DNA of 62,900 nucleotides from Nemertoderma westbladi (Eukaryota > Animalia > Xenacoelomorpha): NCBI GenBank assembly GCA_032718475.1, contig JAUCBJ010004355.1:1-62900 (forward strand), read 5' to 3'. Below, one piece after another: positions 1 through 15,500 of this stretch; position 1 is the first letter of the stretch, and every line of letters starts with the position of its first letter. The translations under genes were made by a program, and so were the position numbers. The notes beneath the pieces were generated by a model, which was not told the DNA's origin, ran no database searches, and saw only the letters and a list, made by a program, of their open reading frames with translations.

Positions 1-90
1 AGTTTTTGAGATATTGGATGGTTATACACACATATTACCATACATTACCTATTAAATGCGCACATACAATTGCCTAGGCATTTTAACAAC

Positions 91-278
91 CTGTATGCTG
101 TGGCGTTGGAACTGATCCACTATCCGGGGACACGTCGGTTTTCACATCAGGCGGTTTGTGAAAGGATATCTGGGATGCGAGTTCACGAATCTCGGTGTCC
201 CTCTGCGAGCGAGTTTCATCGACGTCTTCGGGTAGAAGTAGATCAGCTATCTTACCGCAGTTGGAGCAGACCCAGTCC
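91..278 (-). CDS. UBE2J1: UBE2J1-like coding exon (downstream of the giant intron)
   Basis: Minus strand after TTCCTTTTCTAG acceptor: G|DWVCSNCGKIADLLLPEDVDETRSQRDTEIRELASQISFHKPPDVKTDVSPDSGSVPTPQHT, resembling recalled vertebrate UBE2J1 DFCCEGCG...VLLP...EAKELARQISFK. Phase joins the upstream exon (CA+G = Gln). The 3' end at 91 (CAG|GTTGTT) is a weak donor and uncertain. Confidence 0.85.
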
Positions 279-554
279 CTAGAAAAGGAAACGTTTAACT
301 GTTAATGGGTTGGAGCAGACCCAGTCCCTAGAAAAGGAAACGTTTAACTATTAATGGGTTGGAGCAGACCCAGTCCCTAGAAAAGGAAACGTTTAACTAT
401 TAATGGGTTGGAGCAGACCCAGTCCCTAGAAAAGGAAACGTTTAACTGTTAGTGGGTTGGAGCAGACCCAGTCCCTAGAAAAGGAAACGTTTAACTATTA
501 ATGGGTTGGAGCAGACCCAGTCCCTAGAAAAAGAAACGTTTAACTCTTAATGGG
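261..554 (-). repeat. 49-bp tandem repeat x6 spanning the intron 3' splice site
   Basis: Units start at 261, 310, 359, 408, 457, 506 (+ strand TTGGAGCAGACCCAGTCCCTAGAAAAGGAAACGTTTAACTRTTAATGGG). Minus-strand reading: CCCATTAAYAGTTAAACGTTTCCTTTTCTAG|GGACTGGGTCTGCTCCAA. Confidence 0.95.
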
Positions 555-3500
555 AAATGTACAACGTCCTTGTAGAGAAGGAAGGTTTAATCTTGGTATC
601 GATCTCTTTACCAGCACCCATCTCTCTCCTACTTACTGCGATCTCTTTACCAGCACCCATCTCTCTCCTACTTACTGCGATCTCTTTACCAGCATCCATC
701 TCTCTCCTACTTACTGCGATCTCTTTACCAGCACCCATCTCTCCCCTACTTACTGAGATCTCTTTACCAGCACCCATCTCTCTCCTACTTACTGCGATCT
801 CTTTACCAGCACCCATCTCTCCCCTACTTACTGCGATCTCTTCACCAGCACCCATCTCTCTCCTACTTACTGCGATCTCTTTACCAGCACCCATCTCTCC
901 CCTACTTACTGCGATCTCTTTACCAGCACCCATCTCTCTCCTACTTACTGCCATCTCTTTACCAGCACCCATCTCTCCCCAACTTACTGCGATCTCTTCA
1001 CCAGCACCCATCTCTCCTCCTACTTACTGCGATCTCTTCACCAGCACCCATCTCTCTCCTACTTACTGCGATCTCTTTACCAGCACCCATCTCTCTCCTA
1101 CTTACTGCGATCTCTTTACCAGCACCCATCTCTCCCCAACTTACTGCGATCTCTTCACCAGCACCCATCTCTCCCCTACTTACTGCGATCTCTTTACCAG
1201 CACCCATCTCTCTCCTACTTACTGCGATCTCTTTACCAGCATCCATCTCTCCCCTACTTACTGCGATCTCTTCACCAGCACCCATCTCTCCCCTACTTAC
1301 TGAGATCTCTTTACCAGCACCCATCTCTCTCCTACTTACTGCGATCTCTTTACCAGCATCCATCTCTCCCCTACTTACTGCGATCTCTTTACCAGCACCC
1401 ATATCTCTCCTACTTACTGCCATCTCTTTACCAGCACCCATCTCTCCTCTCTACTCACTGCGATCTCTTTACCAGCACCCATCTCTCTCCTACTTACTGC
1501 GATCTCTTTACCAGCACCCATCTCTCCTCTACTTACTGCCATCTCTTTACCAGCACCCATCTCTCTCCTACTCACTGCGATCTCTTTACCAGCACCCATC
1601 TCTCTCCTACTTACTGCGATCTCTTTACCAGCACCCATCTCTCTCCTACTTACTGCGATCTCTTTACCAGCACCCATCTCTCCTCCTACTTACTGCGATC
1701 TCTTTACCAGCACCCATCTCTCTCCTACTTACTGCGATCTCTTTACCAGCATCCATCTCTCCTCCTACTTACTGCGATCTCTTTACCAGCACCCATCTCT
1801 CCCCTACTTACTGCGATCTCTTTACCAGCACCCATCTCTCTCCTACTTACTGCGATCTCTTTACCAGTACCCATCTCTCCCCAACTTACTGCGATCTCTT
1901 CACCAGCACCCATCTCTCTCCTACTTACTGCGATCTCTTTCACCAGCACCCATCTCTCTCCTACTTACTGCGATCTCTTTACCAGCATCCATCTCTCTCC
2001 TACTTACTGCGATCTCTTTACCAGCACCCATCTCTCCCCAACATACTGCGATCTCTTCGCCAGCACCCATCTCTCCTCCTACTTACTGCGATCTCTTTAC
2101 CAGCATCCATCTCTCCTCCTACTTACTGCGATCTCTTTACCAGCACCCATCTCTCTCCTACTTACTGCGATCTCTTTACCAGCATCCATCTCTCTCCTAC
2201 TTACTGCCATCTCTTTACCAGCACCCATCTCTCCCCAACATACTGCGATCTCTTCACCAGCACCCATCTCTCTCCTACTTACTGCGATCTCTTTACCAGC
2301 ATCCATCTCTCTCCTACTTACTGCCATCTCTTTACCAGCATCCATCTCTCTCCTACTTACAGCGATCTCTTTACCAGCACCCATCTCTCTCCTACTTACT
2401 GCGATCTCTTCACCAGCACCCATCTCTCTCCTACTTACTGCGATCTCTTTACCAGCATCCATCTCTCTCCTACTTACTGCGAACTCTTTACCAGCACCCA
2501 TCTCTCTCCTACTTACTGCGATCTCTTTACCAGCATCCATCTCTCTCCTACTTAATGCGATCTCTTTACCAGCACCCATCTCTCATCTACTCACTGCAAT
2601 CTCTTTACCAGCACCCATCTCTCTCCTACTCACTGCGATCTCTTTACCAGCACCCATGCACCCATCTCTCTCCACTCACTGCGATCTCTTTACCAGCAGC
2701 CATCTTTCCCCTACTTACTGCGATCTCTTCACCAACACCCATCTCTCTCCTACTTAGTGCGATCTGTTCACCAGCACCCATCTCTCCTCTACTTACTGCC
2801 ATCTCTTTACCAGCACCCATCTCTCCTCTACTTACTGCCATCTCTTTACCAGCACCCATCTCTCCTCTACTTACTGCCATCTCTTTACCAGCACCCATCT
2901 CTCCTCTACTTACTGTCTCATCTCTTCACCAGCACCCATCTCTCCTCTACTTACTGCCATCTCTTTACCAGCACCCATCACTCCACTACTTACTGCGATA
3001 TCTTTACCAGCACCATCTCTCCTCTACTTACTGTGATATCTTTACCAGCACCCATCTCTCCTCTACTTAGTGCGATCTCTCTATCAGCACCCATCTCTCA
3101 TCTACTTACTGCGATCTCTTTACCAGCACCCATCTTTCCTCTACTTACTGCGATCTCTTTACCAGCACCCATCTCCCCCCCACTACTTACTGCCATCTCT
3201 TTACCAGCACCCATCTCTCCTCTACTTACTGCGATCTCTTTACCAGCACCCATCTCTCATCTACTTAATGCGATCTCTTTACCAGCACCCATCTTTCCTC
3301 TACTTACTGCGATCTCTTTACCAGCACCCATCTCTCCTCAACTTACTGCGATCTCTTTACCAGCACCCATCTCTCCTCAACTTACTGCGATCTCTTTACC
3401 AGCACCCATCTCTCCTCTCTACTCACTGCGATCACTTTACCAGCACCCATCTCTCTCCTACTTACTGCGATCTCTTTATCAGCACCCATCTCTCCCCTAC

Positions 3501-6500
3501 TTACTGCGATCTCTTTACCAGCACCAATCTCTCCTCTACTTACTGCGATCTCTTTACCAGCATCCATCTCTCTCCTACTTAATGCGATCTCTTTACCAGC
3601 ACCCATCTCTCATCTACTCACTGCAATCTCTTTACCAGCACCCATCTCTCTCCTACTCACTGCGATCTCTTTACCAGCACCCATGCACCCATCTCTCTCC
3701 TACTTACTGCGATCTCTTTACCAGCACCAATCTCTCCTCTACTTACTGCGATCTCTTTACCAGCACCCATATCTCTCCAACATACTGCGATCTCTTTGCC
3801 AGCACCCATCTCTCCTCTACTTACTGCGATCTCTTTACCAGCATCCATCTCTCCTCTCTACTTACTGCGATCACTTTACCAGCACCCATCTCTCTCCTAC
3901 TTACTGCGATCTCTTTACCAGCATCCATCTCTCTCCTACTTACTGCCATCTCTTTACCAGCACCCATCTCTCCCCAACATACTGCGATCTCTTCACCAGC
4001 ACCCATCTCTCTCCTACTTACTGCGATCTCTTTACCAGCATCCATCTCTCTCCTACTTACTGCCATCTCTTTACCAGCATCCATCTCTCTCCTACTTACA
4101 GCGATCTCTTTACCAGCACCCATCTCTCTCCTACTTACTGCGATCTCTTCACCAGCACCCATCTCTCTCCTACTTACTGCGATCTCTTTACCAGCATCCA
4201 TCTCTCTCCTACTTACTGCGAACTCTTTACCAGCACCCATCTCTCTCCTACTTACTGCGATCTCTTTACCAGCATCCATCTCTCTCCTACTTAATGCGAT
4301 CTCTTTACCAGCACCCATCTCTCATCTACTCACTGCAATCTCTTTACCAGCACCCATCTCTCTCCTACTCACTGCGATCTCTTTACCAGCACCCATGCAC
4401 CCATCTCTCTCCACTCACTGCGATCTCTTTACCAGCACCCATCTTTCCCCTACTTACTGCGATCTCTTCACCAACACCCATCTCTCTCCTACTTAGTGCG
4501 ATCTCTTCACCAGCACCCATCTCTCCTCTACTTACTGCCATCTCTTTACCAGCACCCATCTCTCCTCTACTTACTGCCATCTCTTTACCAGCACCCATCT
4601 CTCCTCTACTTACTGCCATCTCTTTACCAGCACCCATCTCTCCTCTACTTACTGTCTCATCTCTTCACCAGCACCCATCTCTCCTCTACTTACTGCCATC
4701 TCTTTACCAGCACCCATCACTCCACTACTTACTGCGATATCTTTACCAGCACCATCTCTCCTCTACTTACTGTGATATCTTTACCAGCACCCATCTCTCC
4801 TCTACTTAGTGCGATCTCTCTATCAGCACCCATCTCTCATCTACTTACTGCGATCTCTTTACCAGCACCCATCTTTCCTCTACTTACTGCGATCTCTTTA
4901 CCAGCACCCATCTCCCCCCCACTACTTACTGCCATCTCTTTACCAGCACCCATCTCTCCTCTACTTACTGCGATCTCTTTACCAGCACCCATCTCTCATC
5001 TACTTAATGCGATCTCTTTACCAGCACCCATCTTTCCTCTACTTACTGCGATCTCTTTACCAGCACCCATCTCTCCTCAACTTACTGCGATCTCTTTACC
5101 AGCACCCATCTCTCCTCAACTTACTGCGATCTCTTTACCAGCACCCATCTCTCCTCTCTACTCACTGCGATCACTTTACCAGCACCCATCTCTCTCCTAC
5201 TTACTGCGATCTCTTTATCAGCACCCATCTCTCCCCTACTTACTGCGATCTCTTTACCAGCACCAATCTCTCCTCTACTTACTGCGATCTCTTTACCAGC
5301 ATCCATCTCTCTCCTACTTAATGCGATCTCTTTACCAGCACCCATCTCTCATCTACTCACTGCAATCTCTTTACCAGCACCCATCTCTCTCCTACTCACT
5401 GCGATCTCTTTACCAGCACCCATGCACCCATCTCTCTCCACTCACTGCGATCTCTTTACCAGCACCAATCTCTCCTCTACTTACTGCGATCTCTTTACCA
5501 GCACCCATATCTCTCCTACTTACTGCGATCTCTTTGCCAGCACCCATCTCTCCTCTACTTACTGCGATCTCTTTACCAGCACCCATCTCTCCTCTCTACT
5601 CACTGCGATCACTTTACCAGCACCCATCTCTCTCCTACTTACTGCGATCTCTTTATCAGCACCCATCTCTCCCCTACTTACTGCGATCTCTTTACCAGCA
5701 CCAATCTCTCCTCTACTTACTGCCATCTCTTTACCAGCACCCATCACTCCACTACTTACTGCGATATCTTTACCAGCACCATCTCTCCTCTACTTACTGT
5801 GATATCTTTACCAGCACCCATCTCTCCTCTACTTAGTGCGATCTCTCTATCAGCACCCATCTCTCATCTACTTACTGCGATCTCTTTACCAGCACCCATC
5901 TTTCCTCTACTTACTGCGATCTCTTTACCAGCACCCATCTCCCCCCCACTACTTACTGCCATCTCTTTACCAGCACCCATCTCTCCTCTACTTACTGCGA
6001 TCTCTTTACCAGCACCCATCTCTCATCTACTTAATGCGATCTCTTTACCAGCACCCATCTTTCCTCTACTTACTGCGATCTCTTTACCAGCACCCATCTC
6101 TCCTCAACTTACTGCGATCTCTTTACCAGCACCCATCTCTCCTCAACTTACTGCGATCTCTTTACCAGCACCCATCTCTCCTCTCTACTCACTGCGATCA
6201 CTTTACCAGCACCCATCTCTCTCCTACTTACTGCGATCTCTTTATCAGCACCCATCTCTCCCCTACTTACTGCGATCTCTTTACCAGCACCAATCTCTCC
6301 TCTACTTACTGCGATCTCTTTACCAGCACCCATATCTCTCCTACTTACTGCGATCTCTTTGCCAGCACCCATCTCTCCTCTACTTACTGCGATCTCTTTA
6401 CCAGCACCCATCTCTCCTCTCTACTCACTGCGATCACTTTACCAGCACCCATCTCTCTCCTACTTACTGCGATCTCTTTATCAGCACCCATCTCTCCCCT

Positions 6501-9500
6501 ACTCACTGCGATCTCTTCACCAGCACCCTTATCTCTCCTACTTACTGCGATCTCTTTACCAGCACCCTTATCTCTCCTACTTACTGCGATCTCTTCACCA
6601 GCACCCATCTCTCCCCTACTTACTGCGATCTCTTTGCCAGCACCCATCTCTCCTCTACTTACTGCGATCTCTTCACCAGCACCCATCTCTCCCCTACTTA
6701 CTGCGATCTCTTTGCCAGCACCCATCTCTCCTCTACTTACTGCGATCTCTTCACCAGCACCCATCTCTCCCCTACTCACTGCGATCTCTTTGCCAGCACC
6801 CATCTCTCCTCTACTTACTGCGATCTCTTTACCAGCACCCATCTCTCCTCTCTACTAACTGCGATCACTTTACCAGCACCCATCTCTCTCCTACTTACTG
6901 CGATCTCTTTATCAGCACCCATCTCTCCCCTACTTACTGCGATCTCTTTACCAGCACCCATCTCTCCTCTACTTACTGCGATATCTTTGCCAGCACCCAT
7001 CTCTCCTCTACTTACTGCGATCTCTTTACCACCACCCATCTCTCCTGTCTACTCACTGCGATCACTTTACCAGCACCCATCTCTCCCCTACTTACTGCGA
7101 TCTCTTTATCAGCACCCATCTCTCCCCTACTTACTGCGATCTCTTTACCAGCACCAATCTCTCCTCTACTTACTGCGATCTCTTTACCAGCACCCATATC
7201 TCTCCTACTTACTGCGATCTCTTTGCCAGCACCCATCTCTCCTCTACTTACTGCGATCTCTTTACCAGCACCCATCTCTCCTCTCTACTCACTGCGATCA
7301 CTTTACCAGCACCCATCTCTCTCCTACTTACTGCGATCTCTTTATCAGCACCCATCTCTCCCCTACTTACTGCGATCTCTTTACCAGCACCAATCTCTCC
7401 TCTACTTACTGCGATCTCTTTACCAGCACCCATCTCTCCCCTACTCACTGCGATCTCTTCACCAGCACCCTTATCTCTCCTACTTACTGCGATCTCTTTA
7501 CCAGCACCCTTATCTCTCCTACTTACTGCGATCTCTTCACCAGCACCCATCTCTCCCCTACTTACTGCGATCTCTTTGCCAGCACCCATCTCTCCTCTAC
7601 TTACTGCGATCTCTTCACCAGCACCCATCTCTCCCCTACTTACTGCGATCTCTTTGCCAGCACCCATCTCTCCTCTACTTACTGCGATCTCTTCACCAGC
7701 ACCCATCTCTCCCCTACTCACTGCGATCTCTTTGCCAGCACCCATCTCTCCTCTACTTACTGCGATCTCTTTACCAGCACCCATCTCTCCTCTCTACTAA
7801 CTGCGATCACTTTACCAGCACCCATCTCTCTCCTACTTACTGCGATCTCTTTATCAGCACCCATCTCTCCCCTACTTACTGCGATCTCTTTACCAGCACC
7901 CATCTCTCCTCTACTTACTGCGATATCTTTGCCAGCACCCATCTCTCCTCTACTTACTGCGATCTCTTTACCACCACCCATCTCTCCTGTCTACTCACTG
8001 CGATCACTTTACCAGCACCCATCTCTCCCCTACTTACTGCGATCTCTTTATCAGCACCCATCTCTCCCCTACTTACTGCGATCTCTTCACCAGCACCCAT
8101 CTCTCCCCTACTCACTGCGATCTCTTTGCCAGCACCCATCTCTCCTCTACTTACTGCGATCTCTTTACCAGCACCCATCTCTCCTCTCTACTCACTGCGA
8201 TCACTTTACCAGCACCCATCTCTCCCCTACTTACTGCGATCTCTTTACCAGCACCCATCTCTCCTCTACTTACTGCGATATCTTTGCCAGCACCCATCTC
8301 TCCTCTACTTACTGCGATCTCTTTACCACCACCCATCTCTCCTGTCTACTCACTGCGATCACTTTACCAGCACCCATCTCTCCCCTACTTACTGCGATCT
8401 CTTTATCAGCACCCATCTCTCCCCTACTTACTGCGATCTCTTTACCAGCACCAATCTCTCCTCTACTTACTGCGATCTCTTTACCAGCACCCATATCTCT
8501 CCTACTTACTGCGATCTCTTTGCCAGCACCCATCTCTCCTCTACTTACTGCGATCTCTTTACCAGCACCCATCTCTCCTCTCTACTCACTGCGATCACTT
8601 TACCAGCACCCATCTCTCTCCTACTTACTGCGATCTCTTTATCAGCACCCATCTCTCCCCTACTTACTGCGATCTCTTTACCAGCACCAATCTCTCCTCT
8701 ACTTACTGCGATCTCTTTACCAGCACCCATCTCTCCCCTACTCACTGCGATCTCTTCACCAGCACCCTTATCTCTCCTACTTACTGCGATCTCTTTACCA
8801 GCACCCTTATCTCTCCTACTTACTGCGATCTCTTCACCAGCACCCATCTCTCCCCTACTTACTGCGATCTCTTTGCCAGCACCCATCTCTCCTCTACTTA
8901 CTGCGATCTCTTCACCAGCACCCATCTCTCCCCTACTTACTGCGATCTCTTTGCCAGCACCCATCTCTCCTCTACTTACTGCGATCTCTTCACCAGCACC
9001 CATCTCTCCCCTACTCACTGCGATCTCTTTGCCAGCACCCATCTCTCCTCTACTTACTGCGATCTCTTTACCAGCACCCATCTCTCCTCTCTACTAACTG
9101 CGATCACTTTACCAGCACCCATCTCTCTCCTACTTACTGCGATCTCTTTATCAGCACCCATCTCTCCCCTACTTACTGCGATCTCTTTACCAGCACCCAT
9201 CTCTCCTCTACTTACTGCGATATCTTTGCCAGCACCCATCTCTCCTCTACTTACTGCGATCTCTTTACCACCACCCATCTCTCCTGTCTACTCACTGCGA
9301 TCACTTTACCAGCACCCATCTCTCCCCTACTTACTGCGATCTCTTTATCAGCACCCATCTCTCCCCTACTTACTGCGATCTCTTCACCAGCACCCATCTC
9401 TCCCCTACTCACTGCGATCTCTTTGCCAGCACCCATCTCTCCTCTACTTACTGCGATCTCTTTACCAGCACCCATCTCTCCTCTCTACTCACTGCGATCA

Positions 9501-12500
9501 CTTTACCAGCACCCATCTCTCTCCTACTTACTGCGATCTCTTTATCAGCACCCATCTCTCCCCTACTTACTGCGATCTCTTTACCAGCACCCATCTCTCC
9601 CCTACTTACTGCGATATCTTTACCAGCACCCATCTCTCTCCTACTTACTGCGATCTCTTTACCAGTACCCATCTCTCCTCTACTTACTGCGATCTCTTTA
9701 CCAGCACCCATCTCTCCTCTCTACTCACTGCGATCACTTTACCAGCACCCATCTCTCTCCTACTTACTGCGATCTCTTTATCAGCACCCATCTCTCCCCT
9801 ACTTACTGCGATCTCTTTACCAGCACCCATCTCTCTCCTACTTACTGCGATCTCTTCACCAGCACCCATCTCTCCTCTACTTACTGCGATATCTTTACCA
9901 GCACCCATCTCTCCCCTACTCACTGCGATCTCTTCACCAGCACCCTTATCTCTCCTACTTACTGCGATCTCTTCACCAGCACCCATCTCTCCCCTACTTA
10001 CTGCGATCTCTTTACCAGCATCCATATCTCTCCTACTTACTGCGATCTCTTTACCAGCACCCATCTCTCTCCTACTTACTGCGATCTCTTTACCAGCATC
10101 CATCTCTCCCCTACTTACTGCGATCTCTTTGCCAGCACCCATCTCTCCTCTACTTACTGCCATCTCTTCACCAGCACCCATCTCTCCTCTACTTACTGCG
10201 ATCTCTTTACCAGCACCCATCTCTCTCCTACTTAATGCGATCTCTTTACCAGCACCCATCTCTCTCCTACTCACTGCGATCTCTTTACCAGCATCCATCT
10301 CTCTCCTACTTACTGCGATATTTTACCAGCACCCATCTCTCCTCTACTTACTGCCATCTCTTTACCAGCTCCCATCTCTCTCCGACTTACTGCGATCTTT
10401 TACCAGCACCCATCCCTCTCTCTCTCCTACTCACTGCGATCTCTTTACCAGCACCCATCTCTCCTCTACTTACTGCGATCTCTTTGCCAGCACCCATCTC
10501 TCCTCTACTTACTGCGATCTCTTTACCAGCACCCATCTCTCTCCTACTCACTGCGATCTCTTTACTAGCACCCATCTTTCCCCTACTTACTGCCATCTCT
10601 TTACCAGCTCCCATCTCTCTCCGACTTACTGCGATCTTTTACCAGCAGCCATCTCTCCTCTACATACTGCCATCTCTTTACCAGCACCCATCTCTCTCTC
10701 TCTCCTACTCACTGCGATCTCTTTACCAGCACCCATGCACCCATCTCTCTCCTACTCACTGCGATCTCTTTATCAGCACCCATCTCTCCCCTACTTACTG
10801 CGATCTCTTTACCAGCACCCATCTCTCCCCTACTTACTGCGATATCTTTACCAGCACCCATCTCTCTCCTACTTACTGCGATCTCTTTACCAGTACCCAT
10901 CTCTCCTCTACTTACTGCGATCTCTTTACCAGCACCCATCTCTCCTCTCTACTCACTGCGATCACTTTACCAGCACCCATCTCTCTCCTACTTACTGCGA
11001 TCTCTTTATCAGCACCCATCTCTCCCCTACTTACTGCGATCTCTTTACCAGCACCCATCTCTCTCCTACTTACTGCGATCTCTTCACCAGCACCCATCTC
11101 TCCTCTACTTACTGCGATCTCTTTACCAGCACCCATCTCTCCCCTACTCACTGCGATCTCTTCACCAGCACCCTTATCTCTCCTACTTACTGCGATCTCT
11201 TCACCAGCACCCATCTCTCCCCTACTTACTGCGATCTCTTTACCAGCATCCATATCTCTCCTACTTACTGCGATCTCTTTACCAGCACCCATCTCTCTCC
11301 TACTTACTGCGATCTCTTTACCAGCATCCATCTCTCCCCTACTTACTGCGATCTCTTTGCCAGCACCCATCTCTCCTCTACTTACTGCCATCTCTTCACC
11401 AGCACCCATCTCTCCTCTACTTACTGCGATCTCTTTACCAGCACCCATCTCTCTCCTACTTAATGCGATCTCTTTACCAGCACCCATCTCTCTCCTACTC
11501 ACTGCGATCTCTTTACCAGCATCCATCTCTCTCCTACTTACTGCGATATTTTACCAGCACCCATCTCTCCTCTACTTACTGCCATCTCTTTACCAGCTCC
11601 CATCTCTCTCCGACTTACTGCGATCTTTTACCAGCACCCATCCCTCTCTCTCTCCTACTCACTGCGATCTCTTTACCAGCACCCATCTCTCCTCTACTTA
11701 CTGCGATCTCTTTGCCAGCACCCATCTCTCCTCTACTTACTGCGATCTCTTTACCAGCACCCATCTCTCTCCTACTCACTGCGATCTCTTTACTAGCACC
11801 CATCTTTCCCCTACTTACTGCCATCTCTTTACCAGCTCCCATCTCTCTCCGACTTACTGCGATCTTTTACCAGCAGCCATCTCTCCTCTACATACTGCCA
11901 TCTCTTTACCAGCACCCATCTCTCTCTCTCTCCTACTCACTGCGATCTCTTTACCAGCACCCATGCACCCATCTCTCTCCTACTCACTGCGATCTCTTTA
12001 CCAGCACCCATCTCTCTCCTACTCACTGCGATCTCTTTACCAGCATCCATCTCTCTCCTACTTACTGCCATCTCTTTACCAGCATCCATCTCTCTCCTAC
12101 TTACTGCGATCTCTTTACCAGCACCCATATTTCCCCTACTTACAGCGATCTCTTTACCCGCACGCATCTGTCTCCTACTTACTGCGATCTCTTTACCAGC
12201 ACCCATCTCTCTCCTACTTACTGCGATCTCTTTACCAGCACCCATCTCTCTCCTACTTAATGCGATATTTTACCAGCACCCATCTCTCCTCTACTTACTG
12301 CCATCTCTTTACCAGCTCCCATCTCTCTCCGACTTACTGCGATCTTTTACCAGCACCCATCCCTCTCTCTCTCCTACTCACTGCGATCTCTTTACCAGCA
12401 CCCATGCACCCATCTCTCTCCTACTCACTGCGATCTCTTTACTAGCACCCATCTCTCCCCTACTTACTGCCATCTCTTTACCAGCTCCCATCTCTCTCCG

Positions 12501-15500
12501 ACTTACTGCGATCTTTTACCAGCACCCATCTCTCCTCTACTTACTGCCATCTCTTTACCAGCTCCCATCTCTCTCCTACTTACTGCGATCTCTTTACCTG
12601 CATCCATCCCTCTCTCTCTCCTACTCACTGCGATCTCTTTACCAGCACCCATGCACCCATCTCTCTCCTACTCACTGCGATCTCTTTACCAGCACCCATG
12701 CACCCATCTCTCTCCTACTTACTGCCATCTCTTTACCAGCTCCCATCTCTCTCCGACTTACTGCGATCTTTTACCAGCACCCATCCCTCTCTCTCTCCTA
12801 CTCACTGCGATCTCTTTACCAGCACCCATGCACCCATCTCTCTCCTACTCACTGCGATCTCTTTACTAGCACCCATCTCTCCCCTACTTACTGCCATCTC
12901 TTTACCAGCTCCCATCTCTCTCCGACTTACTGCGATCTTTTACCAGCACCCATCTCTCCTCTACATACTGCCATCTCTTTACCAGCACCCATCTCTCTCT
13001 CTCTCCTACTTACTGCGATCTCTTTACCTGCATCCATCTCTCTCCTACTTACTGCGATCTCTTTACCAGCACCCGTCTCTCTCCTACTTACTGCGATCTC
13101 TTTACCAGCACCCATCTCTCTCCACTCACTGCGATCTCTTTACCAGCACCCATGTTTCCCCTACTTACTGCGATCTCTTCACCAGCACCCATCTCTCCTC
13201 TATTTACTGCGATCTTTTTACCAGCACCCATCTCTCCCCTACTTACTGCGATCTCTTTACCAGCACCAATCTCTCCTCTATTTACTGCGATCTTTTTACC
13301 AGCACCCATCTCTCTCCTACTCACTGCGATCTATTTACCAGCACCCATCTCCCTCCTACTCACTGCGATCTCTTTACCAGCACCCATCTCTCCTCTACTT
13401 ACTGCCATCTCTTTACCAGCACCCATCTCTCCTCTACTTACTGCCATCTCTTTACCAGCACCCATCTCTCCTCTACTTACTGCCATCTCTTTACCAGCAC
13501 CCATCTCTCCTCTACTTACTGTCTCATCTCTTCACCAGCACCCATCTCTCCTCTACTTACTGCCATCTCTTTACCAGCACCCATCACTCAACTACTTACT
13601 GCGATATCTTTACCAGCACCATCTCTCCTCTACTTACTGTGATATCTTTACCAGCACCCATCTCTCCTCTACTTAGTGCGATCTCTCTATCAGCACCCAT
13701 CTCTCATCTACTTACTGCGATCTCTTTACCAGCACCCATCTTTCCTCTACTTACTGCGATCTCTTTACCAGCACCCATCTCCCCCCCACTACTTACTGCC
13801 ATCTCTTTACCAGCACCCATCTCTCCTCTACTTACTGCGATCTCTTTACCAGCACCCATCTCTCATCTACTTAATGCGATCTCTTTACCAGCACCCATCT
13901 TTCCTCTACTTACTGCGATCTCTTTACCAGCACCCATCTCTCCTCAACTTACTGCGATCTCTTTACCAGCACCCATCTCTCCTCAACTTACTGCGATCTC
14001 TTTACCAGCACCCATCTCTCCTCTCTACTCACTGCGATCACTTTACCAGCACCCATCTCTCTCCTACTTACTGCGATCTCTTTATCAGCACCCATCTCTC
14101 CCCTACTTACTGCGATCTCTTTACCAGCACCAATCTCTCCTCTATTTACTGCGATCTTTTTACCAGCACCCATCTCTCTCCTACTTACTGCGATCTATTT
14201 ACCAGCACCCATCTCCCTCCTACTCACTGCGATCTCTTTACCAGCACCCATCTCTCCTCTACTTACTGCGATCTCTTTACCAGCACCCATATCTCTCCTA
14301 CTTACTGCGATCTTTTCACCAGCACCCATCTCTCCCCTATTTACTGCGATCTCTTCACCAGCACCCATCTCTCTCCTACTTACTGCGATATCTTTACCAG
14401 CACCCATCTCTCCTCTACTTACTGCGATCTCTTTACCAGCACCCATCTCTCATCTACTTACTGCGATCTCTTTACCAGCATCCATCTCTCCTCTACTTAC
14501 TGCGATCTCTTTACCAGCACCCATCTCTCATCTACTTACTGCGATCTCTTTACCAGCATCCATCTCTCCTCTACTTACTGCGATCTCTTTACCAGCACCC
14601 ATCTCTCCCCTACTTACTGCGATCTCTTTATCAGCACCCATCTCTCCCCTACTTACTGCGATCTCTTTACCAGCACGCATCTGTCTCCTACTTACTGCGA
14701 TCTCTTTACCAGCACCCATCTCTCTCCTACTTACTGCGATCTCTTCACCAGCACCCATCTCTCCCCTACTTACTGCGATCTCTTTACCAGGACCCATCTC
14801 TCTCCTACTTACTGCGATCTCTTTACCAGCACCCATCTCTCTCCTACTTACTGCGATCTCTTTACCAGCACCCATCTCTCTCCTACTTACTGCGATCTCT
14901 TTACCTGCACCCATCTCTCCCCTACTTACTGCGATCTCTTTACCAGCACCCATCTCTCCCCTACTTACTGCGATCTCTTTACCAGCACGCATCTGTCTCC
15001 TACTTACTGCGATCTCTTTACCAGCACCCATCTCTCTCCTACTTACTGCGATCTCTTCACCAGCACCCATCTCTCCTCTACTTACTGCGATCTCTTTACC
15101 AGCATCCATCTCTCCCCTACTTACTGCGATCTCTTTACCAGCACCCATCTCTCCCCTACTTACTGCGATCTCTTTACCAGCATCCATCTCTCCCCTACTT
15201 ACTGCGATCTTTTTACCAGCACGCATCTGTCTCCTACTTACTGCGATCTCTTTACCAGCACCCATCTCTCTCCTACTTACTGCGATCTCTTCACCAGCAC
15301 CCATCTCTCCTCTACTTACTGCGATCTCTTTACCAGCATCCATCTCTCCCCTACTTACTGCGATCTCTTTACCAGCACCCATCTCTCCCCTACTTACTGC
15401 GATCTCTTTACCAGCACCCATCTCTCCCCTACTTACTGCGATCTCTTTATCAGCACCCATCTCTCCCCTACTTACTGCGATCTCTTTACCAGCACGCATC

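Noticed and set aside
249-256. Internal donor-like GCG|GTAAGA in the downstream UBE2J1 exon
   Set aside because: UBE2J1 similarity continues well past it (LLPE...ELASQISF), so it is not taken as the exon end; cryptic use is not excluded.
70-282. Plus-strand 70-aa ORF
   Set aside because: Antisense shadow of the UBE2J1-like exon.
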